Assembly: GCA_964516995.1 (NCBI GenBank)
Contig: CAZFAV010000003.1
Coordinates: 530 to 64,529, forward strand
DNA from: an uncultured Candidatus Peribacteria bacterium
GTDB taxonomy: Bacteria > Patescibacteriota > Gracilibacteria > UBA1369 > 2-02-FULL-48-14
Length of the DNA: 64,000 nt
Direction of reading: 5' to 3'
Position numbers and translations under genes: made by a program. Positions 36,379 through 48,471 of the stretch are shown piece by piece. Position 1 is the stretch's first letter; each line of letters begins with the position of its first letter. The notes beneath the pieces were generated by a model. The model had not been told where the DNA came from, ran no database searches, and saw nothing but the letters and a program-made list of their open reading frames with translations.

Positions 36379-37956
36379 CTACTTCCTCTTCATTACCACA
36401 ATGGTGATGTCGTCGAGGTGCTCTTTTTTGCCAATAAATTGCATCACGTCAGCGAAGACAGCATTCTTAATTCCTTCTGCAGTGAGTAAATCGTCACCAG
36501 CCTGCTGAACAATGCGTCTTAAGCGTTGCATTCCATACTGCTCCCCTCTTTCATTTTGTGCTTCGGGGAAACCATCACTGTACAGCACTACTACGTCATT
36601 GGCTTTAAGGCTAAGGTCTTGGGTATTCACATGGCCCGTAACATCATCGATCATTCCAAAAGCGATTCCGGGGATTTTTATTTCAGACACTTTTTTAACC
36701 GCCGCATCGTAGTGCAGAATGGGCAAATGTCCGGCATTCAAACAAGTGAGTTGACTACTTTGCTCATTCCATTTGGTGAGAGCCATGGTCATGAACATAT
36801 TGTTGGAAGATTTCTTTTGAATCACCGCATTGAGATGGGTGGCCAAAGTTTTAAGATCCGTCTCACCTCTCATAGCATACAAAAGGGCGTTAGCAATGGA
36901 AGAAATCATACCGGCAGGGACACCATGCCCGCTCACGTCCCCCAAATAGATGAGGTGCTCACCGTTGTTCATCTGGATAAAGTCGAAGGCATCCCCCCCC
37001 ACTTCCGTCGCAGGATCAAGCCCACCCGCCAAATCCAGACTAGGCAACTCTACTTTTTCTTTGGGCAAGAGGTCGGCTTGGATGTGAGCTGCAATTTCAA
37101 GTTCCTTGGTTACACGTTCTTTATAAATTTTGACCTCCACGGCAGCAGCCAGATCCACGGCCATTTGATTAAAGGTTCCCGCGAGAAGCCCCACTTCGTC
37201 TTTAGTTTTTACGGGAACTCTCGTAGTAAAATCGCCTCCCGCAATTCGGATAGCTCCTTCTTTAAGAGCTTTCAACGGATTAGTGATGCTCACCGAAAGC
37301 ATGATGGAGAGCATGAGTGCAAGTAAAAATCCAACCAGCGCGATGAGTTCAATTTGTAATTTTGCAGCCGCTAAACGGGCATCCATGGTGGCATAACTCA
37401 CGTCGTAGGTCACCGCATAAGAGCTGTTGTAAGGAACCACAATGTTCACCAAGCGATCGAGTGGAGCAGGAGCATTCACCGAGTCCTCATTAAAATCGAC
37501 AAAGCTAGAGTTTTTATTTTCGTCTATTTTTACATAGACCACTCTTCCGTTCTCAAAAAGCAAAGACATCTTGTTGGACTGTATGCGCTGGAGCTCATTG
37601 GGGTCTGTAACCGTACGGACTGTCCCCGTGTACCTTTCACTTTGCTCCTGGCGAGAATCGTACAAAATAATCCCTCCATAACTGCTCATCTCTACGCCAG
37701 AAATATCCTGATTTTTCCGCAGCATGGCGGACATCTCTCGTTGGAAAGGCACAAAGTTACCCGGATCCAAATATTGCTCATAAACTTCCACCATTCGTTT
37801 GACGGTGAATTGAGCAAATGATTCTGTACTTGAAGAAATGTCAGCTGAAAGTTCCGTAGTTTTAGCTTGAACTAAAAACAAACCCACCGCCGCAAAAAGG
37901 GCCACAATGAGTGTGCCGAAGGCCAGAATGAATTTGGCTTTAAGCGAATGGAGCAT
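36379..37956 (-). CDS. membrane sensor with HAMP domain and PP2C/SpoIIE-type serine phosphatase domain
   Basis: TM, extracytoplasmic region, TM, HAMP (PLKALKEGAIRIAGGDFTTRV...EVGLLAGTFNQM), then SpoIIE motifs (GGDAFDF, LGDVSGHGVPAG, YSDG). Confidence 0.85.
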   Translation of the reverse strand: MLHSLKAKFILAFGTLIVALFAAVGLFLVQAKTTELSADISSSTESFAQFTVKRMVEVYEQYLDPGNFVPFQREMSAMLRKNQDISGVEMSSYGGIILYDSRQEQSERYTGTVRTVTDPNELQRIQSNKMSLLFENGRVVYVKIDENKNSSFVDFNEDSVNAPAPLDRLVNIVVPYNSSYAVTYDVSYATMDARLAAAKLQIELIALVGFLLALMLSIMLSVSITNPLKALKEGAIRIAGGDFTTRVPVKTKDEVGLLAGTFNQMAVDLAAAVEVKIYKERVTKELEIAAHIQADLLPKEKVELPSLDLAGGLDPATEVGGDAFDFIQMNNGEHLIYLGDVSGHGVPAGMISSIANALLYAMRGETDLKTLATHLNAVIQKKSSNNMFMTMALTKWNEQSSQLTCLNAGHLPILHYDAAVKKVSEIKIPGIAFGMIDDVTGHVNTQDLSLKANDVVVLYSDGFPEAQNERGEQYGMQRLRRIVQQAGDDLLTAEGIKNAVFADVMQFIGKKEHLDDITIVVMKRK

Positions 37957-37977
37957 GCAGAGATTAAAAGAATCTCT

Positions 37978-39462
37978 TTATTTTACCATGTTTTCGGTCA
38001 AATCGGTAGCCCAAAGCTGCCCGTCCAATCGAGTATTCCAAATCAAGGGGGCGTGTAAAGCGTACAAAGCTTTAGACTCAAACAAAGGAACAATCACTTT
38101 GTCTTTCAAAAGTTGATCCTCCAAACGTTGCAAAAGCTCTCTACGCTCAGTCAAGTTAAGCTCTTCTGCTGCTTTCTCAATGAGTGCATCCAGTTCGGGA
38201 TCGGCATAACCCGTTCCATTGAACTGACCGAAAGTCCCTTCTTCGCTGTGCACCACGGCCTCAAAAAAATCTGCGTTGTCCGCTAAATCGTACTTCCAAC
38301 CAAAAAAATAGAAATCAGAAAGACCACTTTGAATTTTTTCTTGAAGCTCTGCTGCAGTTAGTACATTCAGATTCACAGTAATATCGATATCTGCCAAATC
38401 AGAAGAGATGGCTTCTCCCAAACTTTCTACCCCTTGAGGGATATCCAAAGTCACAGTAATAGGTCCAGAAATCTGGCTACGAAGTTGCTCCGCCAAGGGT
38501 AAATTTTGTTTTCGTTCAGCTACATCCTTGGAATACCCCTCAATGCCAGTGGCAGCAAATTGAGAACTGCGCATGAGATAACCACCTCCTAAAAGAGTAG
38601 CATAATCTGTAGACAAGGCAGCTGTTACAGCTCCTCTCAAGGATTCATCTTTAAAAAGTCCATTTTTATTAAGGATGAGGAAGCTGAGCTCCAAACTAGG
38701 AAAATCCTTAAGCTCTATCTTCTTTTCCTTCAAATCGTCAGCGAACTGAGGAGGCACATTTGCCAAGACTTGAATTGAATTCTCTTCCAAAGCTTTTATT
38801 CTCTCATCGGGGTCAGGGAGAGTTTTTAGATGGACTTCAGGAAAATAAGCGAGGGGGCCCCAATAATCTGAGAAGCGTTCTAAAATTAAATCATCCTGAG
38901 CAAATTCATGAACTCGATACGGTCCTGTTCCAATCGGTAAAGTAAAATCCGTAGTCCCCTCCGGAACAATATAAACATACGTGAGTCGGTTGAGCAGCAA
39001 AGGATCTGGCGAACTGGTGGTAATACTTATGCGATCGTCGGCGGTTTGCTCCACGCTTTGAATGGTAGAGAGCAAGGGTCCTAGTTCTGATTCTTCGCTG
39101 CGTGCCAAATTGATGGAATACACCGCATCGGCAGCTGAAAAAGTTCGCCCGTCGTGGAAATAAACATTATGTCTCAAATGGAAATCCCAAGTCGTGTCAT
39201 CGAGCCGCCCCCACGAAACCGCTAGAGCCGAATCGAGGTTAAATGTCCCGTCAAAACGAACCAAAGATTCATAAAGATTAGAAAAAAACTTTCGATTCTT
39301 AGCTTCGTACGAGAGCGGAGAGTAAGTGGAAGGCGCCTCCGCGTAAGCAATGGTAATGCTATTCATAGAAGGATCCCCACGATCGATTTGCGTAAAAGTC
39401 TGCTGGCAAGCCGGCAAAGAAAAAACGGAAAGGGCGAGGAAATAAGCAAGAAGTCGTTTCAT
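37978..39462 (-). CDS. family 5 (peptide/nickel-type) ABC substrate-binding lipoprotein, with no adjacent permease or ATPase
   Basis: Lipobox (SLPAC). The layout and motifs (YESLVRFD, GTGPY) resemble SBP_bac_5. Confidence 0.8.
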   Translation of the reverse strand: MKRLLAYFLALSVFSLPACQQTFTQIDRGDPSMNSITIAYAEAPSTYSPLSYEAKNRKFFSNLYESLVRFDGTFNLDSALAVSWGRLDDTTWDFHLRHNVYFHDGRTFSAADAVYSINLARSEESELGPLLSTIQSVEQTADDRISITTSSPDPLLLNRLTYVYIVPEGTTDFTLPIGTGPYRVHEFAQDDLILERFSDYWGPLAYFPEVHLKTLPDPDERIKALEENSIQVLANVPPQFADDLKEKKIELKDFPSLELSFLILNKNGLFKDESLRGAVTAALSTDYATLLGGGYLMRSSQFAATGIEGYSKDVAERKQNLPLAEQLRSQISGPITVTLDIPQGVESLGEAISSDLADIDITVNLNVLTAAELQEKIQSGLSDFYFFGWKYDLADNADFFEAVVHSEEGTFGQFNGTGYADPELDALIEKAAEELNLTERRELLQRLEDQLLKDKVIVPLFESKALYALHAPLIWNTRLDGQLWATDLTENMVK

Positions 39463-39476
39463 GGCGCAGCGCCAGT

Positions 39477-41288
39477 TTAATCCTCCTTTTTGAGCACGGC
39501 AAGAAAGGCCTCTTGCGGAACTTCTACTCGTCCGAACATCTTCATGCGCTTCTTACCTTTTTTCTGTTTATCGAGCAGCTTATTTTTGCGAGTCACATCC
39601 CCTCCATACAAGTAACCAGTCACATCTTTTCGATAAGCAGGAATGGTTTCCCGCGCCACAATTTTTGCACCAATAGCTCCTTGAATGGGGATCTCAAACT
39701 GTCCTTTAGGTATGATTTCTTTGAGACGTTTACAGACTTTAATTCCATGATGAGTGGCTGCACTTCGATGAATGATAATGGAGAGAGCATCTAACTTTTC
39801 GTGATGAACTAAAAAGTCCAAACGCACCAAATCACCCGCACGGAATTCTAAGAACTCATAGCTCATAGAAGCGTAGCCAGAGGTGAGACTTTTGAGATCG
39901 TCATAAAAATCAATCACAATGGAAGCCAGGGGGATTTCATAATGCAGACTCACTCTATTTTCGTCTAAATAAACAACATTTTTAGAAAGTCCACGACGGT
40001 CTGCCAGCATTTGCATAAGAGCTCCCATATAGTCGGTGGGAGTCAAAATTTCTACCTTAATCCAAGGCTCCAAAATAGCTTCGATATGTGCAATATCAGG
40101 CAGCTCAGCAGGATTAGAAATTTCAAAAATCTCACCATTAGTTTTCTGTACTTGGTAACGGACACTAGGCGCAGTCACAATCAGATCTAGTCCATATTCA
40201 CGCTCCAAACGTTCTTGCACAATGTCCATATGGAGCAGCCCCAAAAAACCACAACGGAAACCATGACCCAGTGCACCCGAATTCTCCGGCTCAAAAGTGA
40301 GTGAGGAATCGTTTAGGCTAAGTTTTTCCAAAGCGTCTCGTAGTAAAGGGTACTGATCGTTATCGGTCGCAAACATTCCTGCAAAAACAAAGGGCACCAC
40401 TTTTTTATAACCCGGTAAAGGTTCAGGCTTAAGATCCAGACGTTGCGACCATTCTTTGGGTCTCCAAATGGTGTCTCCCACGCGAGCGTCCGCTACAGAC
40501 TTCATCCCCGTGACCACGTAGCCCACTTCCCCAGCATTCAAACAGTCATTGGCCTCGTATTTGGGGCGGAAACAACCCACCTCCATTACTTCAGTCTCCG
40601 CTTTAGTATTCAACATCTTGATCTTATCACCTCGTTTCAAAGAACCTTCCATGAGGCGAACGTAGGCCACAATCCCCTTATAAGGATCATAAACAGAGTC
40701 AAAGATCAGACCCTTGGTCTCTCCCCCAGAACCTTCTTTAGGTGCTGGGACCTTCTCCACCACACGTTCGAGCAATTTATCTACATTTGTGCCCTCTTTT
40801 GCAGAAATGCATAAGATCTCTTCTGCTGGGATTCCTAAAGCTTTCTCAATCTCTCGAGAACGACCTTCCACGTCAGCAGCGGGCAGATCAATTTTATTGA
40901 GCACAGCAATAATCTCCAGGTTATGCTCTAAAGCCATATAACAGTTGGCCAAAGTCTGAGCCTGGATTCCCTGGGTAGCGTCCACCACCAAAATGGCTCC
41001 TTCACAAGCCGCCAGAGAACGAGAAACTTCATAAGAAAAGTCGACGTGACCTGGAGTATCAATCAGATTGAGCTGATAGTCCTGCCCTTGATACTTCCAG
41101 TTCATTCGTACAGGTTGTAGCTTGATCGTGATCCCACGTTCTTGCTCAAGTTCCATCGTGTCGAGCATCTGTCCGTGTTTCATCTCTCGGCGAGTCAGCG
41201 TCCCGGTCACCTCCAGAAAACGATCAGCCAGAGTGGATTTTCCGTGATCAATATGAGCTATGATGCAAAAATTGCGAATGTTCTTCAT
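39477..41288 (-). CDS. lepA: translation elongation factor 4
   Basis: IRNFCIIAHIDHGKSTLADR, DTPGHVDF, NKID, and the LepA-specific C-terminal domain. I prefer the ATG at 41288. Confidence 0.95.
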   Translation of the reverse strand: MKNIRNFCIIAHIDHGKSTLADRFLEVTGTLTRREMKHGQMLDTMELEQERGITIKLQPVRMNWKYQGQDYQLNLIDTPGHVDFSYEVSRSLAACEGAILVVDATQGIQAQTLANCYMALEHNLEIIAVLNKIDLPAADVEGRSREIEKALGIPAEEILCISAKEGTNVDKLLERVVEKVPAPKEGSGGETKGLIFDSVYDPYKGIVAYVRLMEGSLKRGDKIKMLNTKAETEVMEVGCFRPKYEANDCLNAGEVGYVVTGMKSVADARVGDTIWRPKEWSQRLDLKPEPLPGYKKVVPFVFAGMFATDNDQYPLLRDALEKLSLNDSSLTFEPENSGALGHGFRCGFLGLLHMDIVQERLEREYGLDLIVTAPSVRYQVQKTNGEIFEISNPAELPDIAHIEAILEPWIKVEILTPTDYMGALMQMLADRRGLSKNVVYLDENRVSLHYEIPLASIVIDFYDDLKSLTSGYASMSYEFLEFRAGDLVRLDFLVHHEKLDALSIIIHRSAATHHGIKVCKRLKEIIPKGQFEIPIQGAIGAKIVARETIPAYRKDVTGYLYGGDVTRKNKLLDKQKKGKKRMKMFGRVEVPQEAFLAVLKKED

Positions 41289-41376
41289 GTGGCGAGAGTT
41301 TACCAGAGGAGCTTCCTTGAAAAAAGAGCCCTTTTCTGCTATAATAAACAGATTAAAACAAAACTCAGTTCGTCCC

Positions 41377-41826
41377 GTGCAATACAAAATTCCTCAAAAC
41401 GTACAGGTAGAAGACAAAATCGTAGGGCCTCTCACCCTCAAACAGCTCATTAAACTGGGCGTGGGAGGAGGAATCACCTATGCGCTTTATGTGACTTTAG
41501 CCAAGACCTATTACATTGAAGTTTGGCTCATCCCGGTTTTGATTCCCGGAATTTTGACCCTTCTTTCTACTTTTGTAAGCATCGGAGGGATCCCTTTTGA
41601 TCAATGGATATTCTTGAGCATTGAATTTATGAAGAATCCACGTAAGCGAATCTTTGTGATGGGCGCTGGAGACACCTATTCAACCACGCTATTTGCTGAA
41701 AAAGCGAAAAAAGTGCAAACTGATGTCAACGCCGAAGGAAAACTCGAGAGAGATCGTGAACGACTTCAAAAGATCGGAGAAATTTCCAAGATGCTCGACT
41801 CTTACGGTAAACCACAAACCACATGA
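41377..41826 (+). CDS. PrgI-family (VirB3-like) small membrane protein
   Basis: The GTG start gives QYKIPQNVQVEDKIVGPLTLKQL followed by two TM helices, the characteristic PrgI N-terminus. The upstream extension to 41260 would overlap lepA. Confidence 0.55.
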   Translation: MQYKIPQNVQVEDKIVGPLTLKQLIKLGVGGGITYALYVTLAKTYYIEVWLIPVLIPGILTLLSTFVSIGGIPFDQWIFLSIEFMKNPRKRIFVMGAGDTYSTTLFAEKAKKVQTDVNAEGKLERDRERLQKIGEISKMLDSYGKPQTT

Positions 41827-42575
41827 GCACTCCTGCCTCAGACAAATCCGTAAAAGGGACTAAGAAAAATCCCATCAACAGCACCCAACTCTATCTTAAA
41901 GTAGCAGAAATCCGCGATGATACCGCTGTGCTTAAAAACGGTGGTTTGAGGGCTGTACTTAAAACCTCCAGCGTTAACCTCAACCTCAAATCTGAAGAAG
42001 AGCAAAATGCTGTGATTTACTCTTACCAGAACTTTCTTAATTCTCTTGAATTTCCTATTCAAATTGTAGTCCGCAGCAAGAAGTTGGACCTCGAGCATTA
42101 CATCGAAAAGCTCAAAAAAATTGGGGTCAAACAAAGTAACCCACTTCTACAAAAACAAACTTTTGAATACATCGAGTACGTGAGTCGTTTGGTTGAATAC
42201 GCCAACATCATGGAAAAACAGTTTTATGTGGTCATTCCACAAGACCCCCTGGGAGAAGAACGTCGCGGGCTTATAAAGAGCTTCCTGGAAGCCATATTCC
42301 CAGCAGACAATGCAACTAAGATTAAAGATCGACACGCCCATTTTGACGAACTTAAGAAGCGTCTCTCCCAACGAGTCAATACGGTAAAAGCTGGCTTGGA
42401 AGCCTGCGGTCTGTTTGTGGAAGAAATGAACACTCAGGATCTCATCGAACTCTTCTACGAAACCTACAATCCTCTGACTTCTCGCAGCCAAAAATTTGCA
42501 CCGGAAGACGAACTGGCTTTAGAGCAAGATGAGGCCCCCAAGGCCAAACTCAGTGTGAACACTCCACAGGTTTAG
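41823..42575 (+). CDS. VirB4/TrbE-like N-terminal domain only (no ATPase domain)
   Basis: IRDDTAVLKNGGLRAVLKTSSVNLNLKSEEEQNAVIYSYQNFLNSLEFPIQIVVRS, NIMEKQFYVVIP and DLIELFYETYNP resemble the N-terminal domain of Gram-positive/CPR VirB4 homologues, as I recall them. It ends at 250 aa with no Walker A. Confidence 0.5.
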   Translation: MSTPASDKSVKGTKKNPINSTQLYLKVAEIRDDTAVLKNGGLRAVLKTSSVNLNLKSEEEQNAVIYSYQNFLNSLEFPIQIVVRSKKLDLEHYIEKLKKIGVKQSNPLLQKQTFEYIEYVSRLVEYANIMEKQFYVVIPQDPLGEERRGLIKSFLEAIFPADNATKIKDRHAHFDELKKRLSQRVNTVKAGLEACGLFVEEMNTQDLIELFYETYNPLTSRSQKFAPEDELALEQDEAPKAKLSVNTPQV

Positions 42576-42626
42576 GCCATTGACCATCCTCCAGAAGAGG
42601 GGGAAAATAGCAGCTATGTTCTAAAT

Positions 42627-44012
42627 ATGGCAGTTCAACGAACCTCTGAGAGTGCACAGCAACAGTACAAAGATTGGGAAGAAACCAGACCTCCGCTTTC
42701 CTACGACCTAAAAAGAAGAAAAGAACAATATCCACAATTAGAGGAAGGGGCTTTATTCTGTTTAGAAGCGAAAGTATTTGACGCATCGCAGTTCCTTCCC
42801 TTTCCACCCGCCCAAGCCGCACCCGATCACCCCATTCATAGGGCCTACCACCGTTTTCAACGAGAATCAGAAAAACTACAGGAGAAAATCGTCCGTTTAA
42901 GAGAAATTAAGGATGCACTTGGGGAAGAAGTTCAAGAAGATCCGATCCGAAAAGCCATGAATTTACTGAGGATTTGCGTGGCCGCTTGTCAAAACCGAGC
43001 CACTCCCGTCCTGGCCATGGACCCTCATGACAAAAAAAAGGAATTTCTGAACACGCGTGAACAATACCACAGCGACAAAAAAAGAACCCTCCAAGGTTTG
43101 ATCACCTATATCACTCTCTATCTAAGGTTTGACCCTGAAAATCAAGAACTAAAAGACTTACAGGATCAGGCTGAAGCCATCTACCTTGCCCATCAAACCT
43201 ATTCTGCCGTAAAAACTGTGATCCACGACAAAGAACCCACTCGAGAAAGTGGAGAAATAGTGATGAATCATGTTTATGACGTTTGTGTGGCTGGTATCAA
43301 TAAATTTTTAAAGAAAATTAACAAGTGCCAAGATCCTGAAGAAAAGCGTCATCTGTATCAACGACTAAAAATCAATATCGTGGTTCGTTTGTGTCATGAC
43401 ATGAAAGAAGATCGTAAAGCGTGGTGGGATACAGAAGCTTTTCAGCAGCTGCTACTCTCCATGACTCGCTTTGATAGTCGGTTCTTAAATCTTTTATTTG
43501 AGGATGCCGAAGCGCATAGAGAAACCCCTCAAAATCCTCACTTTATTCCAAATCATTGGGAACAAATTGACCGGATGATCGATGCCTTGAGCAAACCTGC
43601 AAAAAAAGGGCGAAATCCTGGTTATCTACGACAGAAAATTTTAGATAATCCCACTTTAACTCCAGAAGAAGTAGAAGACGTCCTGGACATTAAAAATGAC
43701 GATCGAAAAAACAACATCGACGATCTTAAATACATGAAAGAAAAACCGGAAAAAGGAGAAACACCATTACAGAGACAAATTCGTAAAACCGAAGAAACCC
43801 TTGAAATTTTACAAATGAATCTCGATCACCACGCGCAAAGCAGCTGTGAACAATCCTTAGATAATGTGATTCTTCTCTCAGATTGCTGCAATCGAGAACT
43901 CGATCGTTTGGAAAAAGAATATAGCGATGAGCTAGAACCTGGGAAAGTCTTCTCCTTGAAAGCACAATTCAGAAGATTCCGTGAAGAAGCGATACTAAAA
44001 AAAGCAGCTTAG
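42627..44012 (+). CDS. orphan all-helical charged protein (461 aa)
   Basis: ORF with no TM, no nucleotide-binding motif and no recognised family. It is in the same frame as the preceding ORF, separated by one TAG. Confidence 0.55.
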   Translation: MAVQRTSESAQQQYKDWEETRPPLSYDLKRRKEQYPQLEEGALFCLEAKVFDASQFLPFPPAQAAPDHPIHRAYHRFQRESEKLQEKIVRLREIKDALGEEVQEDPIRKAMNLLRICVAACQNRATPVLAMDPHDKKKEFLNTREQYHSDKKRTLQGLITYITLYLRFDPENQELKDLQDQAEAIYLAHQTYSAVKTVIHDKEPTRESGEIVMNHVYDVCVAGINKFLKKINKCQDPEEKRHLYQRLKINIVVRLCHDMKEDRKAWWDTEAFQQLLLSMTRFDSRFLNLLFEDAEAHRETPQNPHFIPNHWEQIDRMIDALSKPAKKGRNPGYLRQKILDNPTLTPEEVEDVLDIKNDDRKNNIDDLKYMKEKPEKGETPLQRQIRKTEETLEILQMNLDHHAQSSCEQSLDNVILLSDCCNRELDRLEKEYSDELEPGKVFSLKAQFRRFREEAILKKAA

Positions 44013-44129
44013 TTCAGGCGTCGTCCTACACTCCCACGGTTCATACCGCAGTACTATCGGCGAAGAAAAGCTTAACTGCTGTGTTCGGAATGGGAACAGG
44101 TGTGACCTTTTCTCTAAAGACGCCTGAAC
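44013..44129 (-). rRNA. rrf: 5S rRNA
   Basis: Minus strand reads GGTTCAGGCGTC...CCTGTTCCCATTCCGAACACAGCAGTTAAGC...GTACTGCGG...GGGAGTGTAGGACGACGCCTGAAC, with a terminal helix. Confidence 0.9.
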
Positions 44130-44143
44130 CAAACTGCTTTTAG

Positions 44144-44224
44144 CAGAAATTCGGTTCAGATTGAATAAATATTATTCTCACAAATTGCCATAAAAGTCTG
44201 GAAGAAGACGTTAAATAACAACAT

Positions 44225-44226
<2 letters not shown>
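44144..44226 (-). other. 3' half of the long-range 23S processing stem (23S-5S spacer)
   Basis: Near-complementary over ~80 nt to 47168-47250. Shared blocks include GAAATTCGGT, TGAATAAA, ATTGCCATAAAAG, TGGAAGA.GACGTTA and AACATT. Confidence 0.7.
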
Positions 44227-47167
<2,941 letters not shown>

Positions 47168-47180
<13 letters not shown>

Positions 47181-47250
47181 AACGTCATCTTCCAAATTCT
47201 TTTATGGCAATCTGAAAGAATAAATTTTTATTCAGGACCGAATTTTCAAG
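47168..47250 (-). other. 5' half of the long-range 23S processing stem (leader)
   Basis: Complement of 44144-44226 (see that feature). Confidence 0.7.
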
Positions 47251-47282
47251 GAACAAAAAGGGTGTATGGATTCCATACACCC
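47250..47282 (-). terminator. terminator-like hairpin plus U-tract inside the rRNA leader
   Basis: Minus strand reads GGGTGTATGG-AAT-CCATACACCC followed by TTTTTG. It lies between the predicted promoter and the processing stem. Confidence 0.5.
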
Positions 47283-47385
47283 TATAAACTCAAACCGTCA
47301 GAAAGACTCAGGGTTTGAAGTTATAGGGTATTTGGAACAGAACCATTCAGAGAGATAAGAAGAACCTAGCGAACTAGGCTGGGGC

Positions 47386-47414
47386 ATTATAGGAAGTGCT
47401 ACCCCTGACGTCAA
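47386..47414 (-). promoter_or_regulatory. sigma70-type promoter for the 23S-5S unit
   Basis: Minus strand reads TTGACG (47414-47409), exact 17 nt spacer, TATAAT (47391-47386). It starts 10 nt after the stop of the upstream ORF and lies ~200 nt upstream of the 23S 5' end. Confidence 0.6.
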
Positions 47415-47423
47415 GAGGATTTT

Positions 47424-47951
47424 TTACTTCTTTTCAGTACCGGCTTCAACAGGTTGGGTCTGAGCTATGCCCGAAGCAAGGGAGTGTCCCTCTACACGCC
47501 ATACTGCACCCAAGTGCCCTCTTGGCGTAGTGAACACCAAATGATCTCCCTCTAAACGAGCAGACCATTCGGTTCCCCTATAAATAAAACCCGTGGAACC
47601 ATTATCTAGCACATCTCCATGACTAGTACTGGCGCAGTGCCAATTGCTTGTATCAACACCTCGGTGAAAACCACCCACATGAGAAGGGGGTACAATAAAG
47701 TGACGACCAAATAAGGCAACCCGACGGTCTCTAGCTGCTGCCATTTGATTACTCTCACAATTCATAGATAATCCCATCACCTCTTCAGTTAAAGCAGCCA
47801 CATCTTCTCGAGTTAAAGGAAATTGAGGTCGATCTTCCAATTCTCCATTGGCCACAATCGCCCCCACACCGGCAACTGCCAGTGTACCTAAAACCGCACC
47901 CACCACCACTCCTTCTTCTCTATCCATAGATTCTTTTGTAGCCATATACAA
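47424..47951 (-). CDS. hypothetical membrane-anchored protein
   Basis: One N-terminal TM (VVGAVLGTLAVAGVGAIV) followed by a ~130 aa His/Gly-rich region. No family recognised. Confidence 0.5.
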   Translation of the reverse strand: MYMATKESMDREEGVVVGAVLGTLAVAGVGAIVANGELEDRPQFPLTREDVAALTEEVMGLSMNCESNQMAAARDRRVALFGRHFIVPPSHVGGFHRGVDTSNWHCASTSHGDVLDNGSTGFIYRGTEWSARLEGDHLVFTTPRGHLGAVWRVEGHSLASGIAQTQPVEAGTEKK

Positions 47952-48006
47952 AATTTTTTAAAAACAAGAGTTAATAATAAGGATTATTAGGCTTTTGTCA
48001 ATTTAA

Positions 48007-48240
48007 TCAGACGAATACAGCAAAATGGGCTTGGAAGAAATCCTGTACCACACCCGTCGCCCACATGAGCCCAAAAATAAAAAAACCAAAGCCCAGTATA
48101 ATAAGGAGAGTCCAAGTACCTCCTGGCCCTAGGTATTCTTCGGCAAAACCAATACTTCCAATAAAGTCTTTGACTTGAGGTCTATAGATAAGAATGAGCA
48201 TTCCCACCACCATGGCTATAAAACCCTGTAAGACTTGCAT
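48007..48240 (-). CDS. small hypothetical membrane protein (2 TM)
   Basis: 77 aa with two clear hydrophobic helices. Confidence 0.45.
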   Translation of the reverse strand: MQVLQGFIAMVVGMLILIYRPQVKDFIGSIGFAEEYLGPGGTWTLLIILGFGFFIFGLMWATGVVQDFFQAHFAVFV

Positions 48241-48371
48241 GAAAAAGTGTGAATTGACCTCAGTCTGCCTAAAAAAATCCTCCTGTGCAAACCTAAAATC
48301 TCGGCTTGCTTTTCACCAAGCAAGAATGATATAAGTTCCCTGCTTTCTTCACTGAAAGTGCTTTGAAATGT

Positions 48372-48448
48372 GGGCCCTTAGCTCAGTTGGCTAGAGCGCC
48401 TCGTTTGCACCGAGGAGGTCAAGGGTTCGACTCCCTTAGGGTCCACCA
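48372..48448 (+). tRNA. tRNA-Ala (anticodon TGC), CCA encoded
   Basis: Manual cloverleaf: the acceptor GGGCCCT/AGGGTCC gives the G3:U70 Ala identity pair. Anticodon loop TTTGCAC. Confidence 0.9.
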
Positions 48449-48471
48449 TTTCTCTTTCTTCCCTCTCATTC

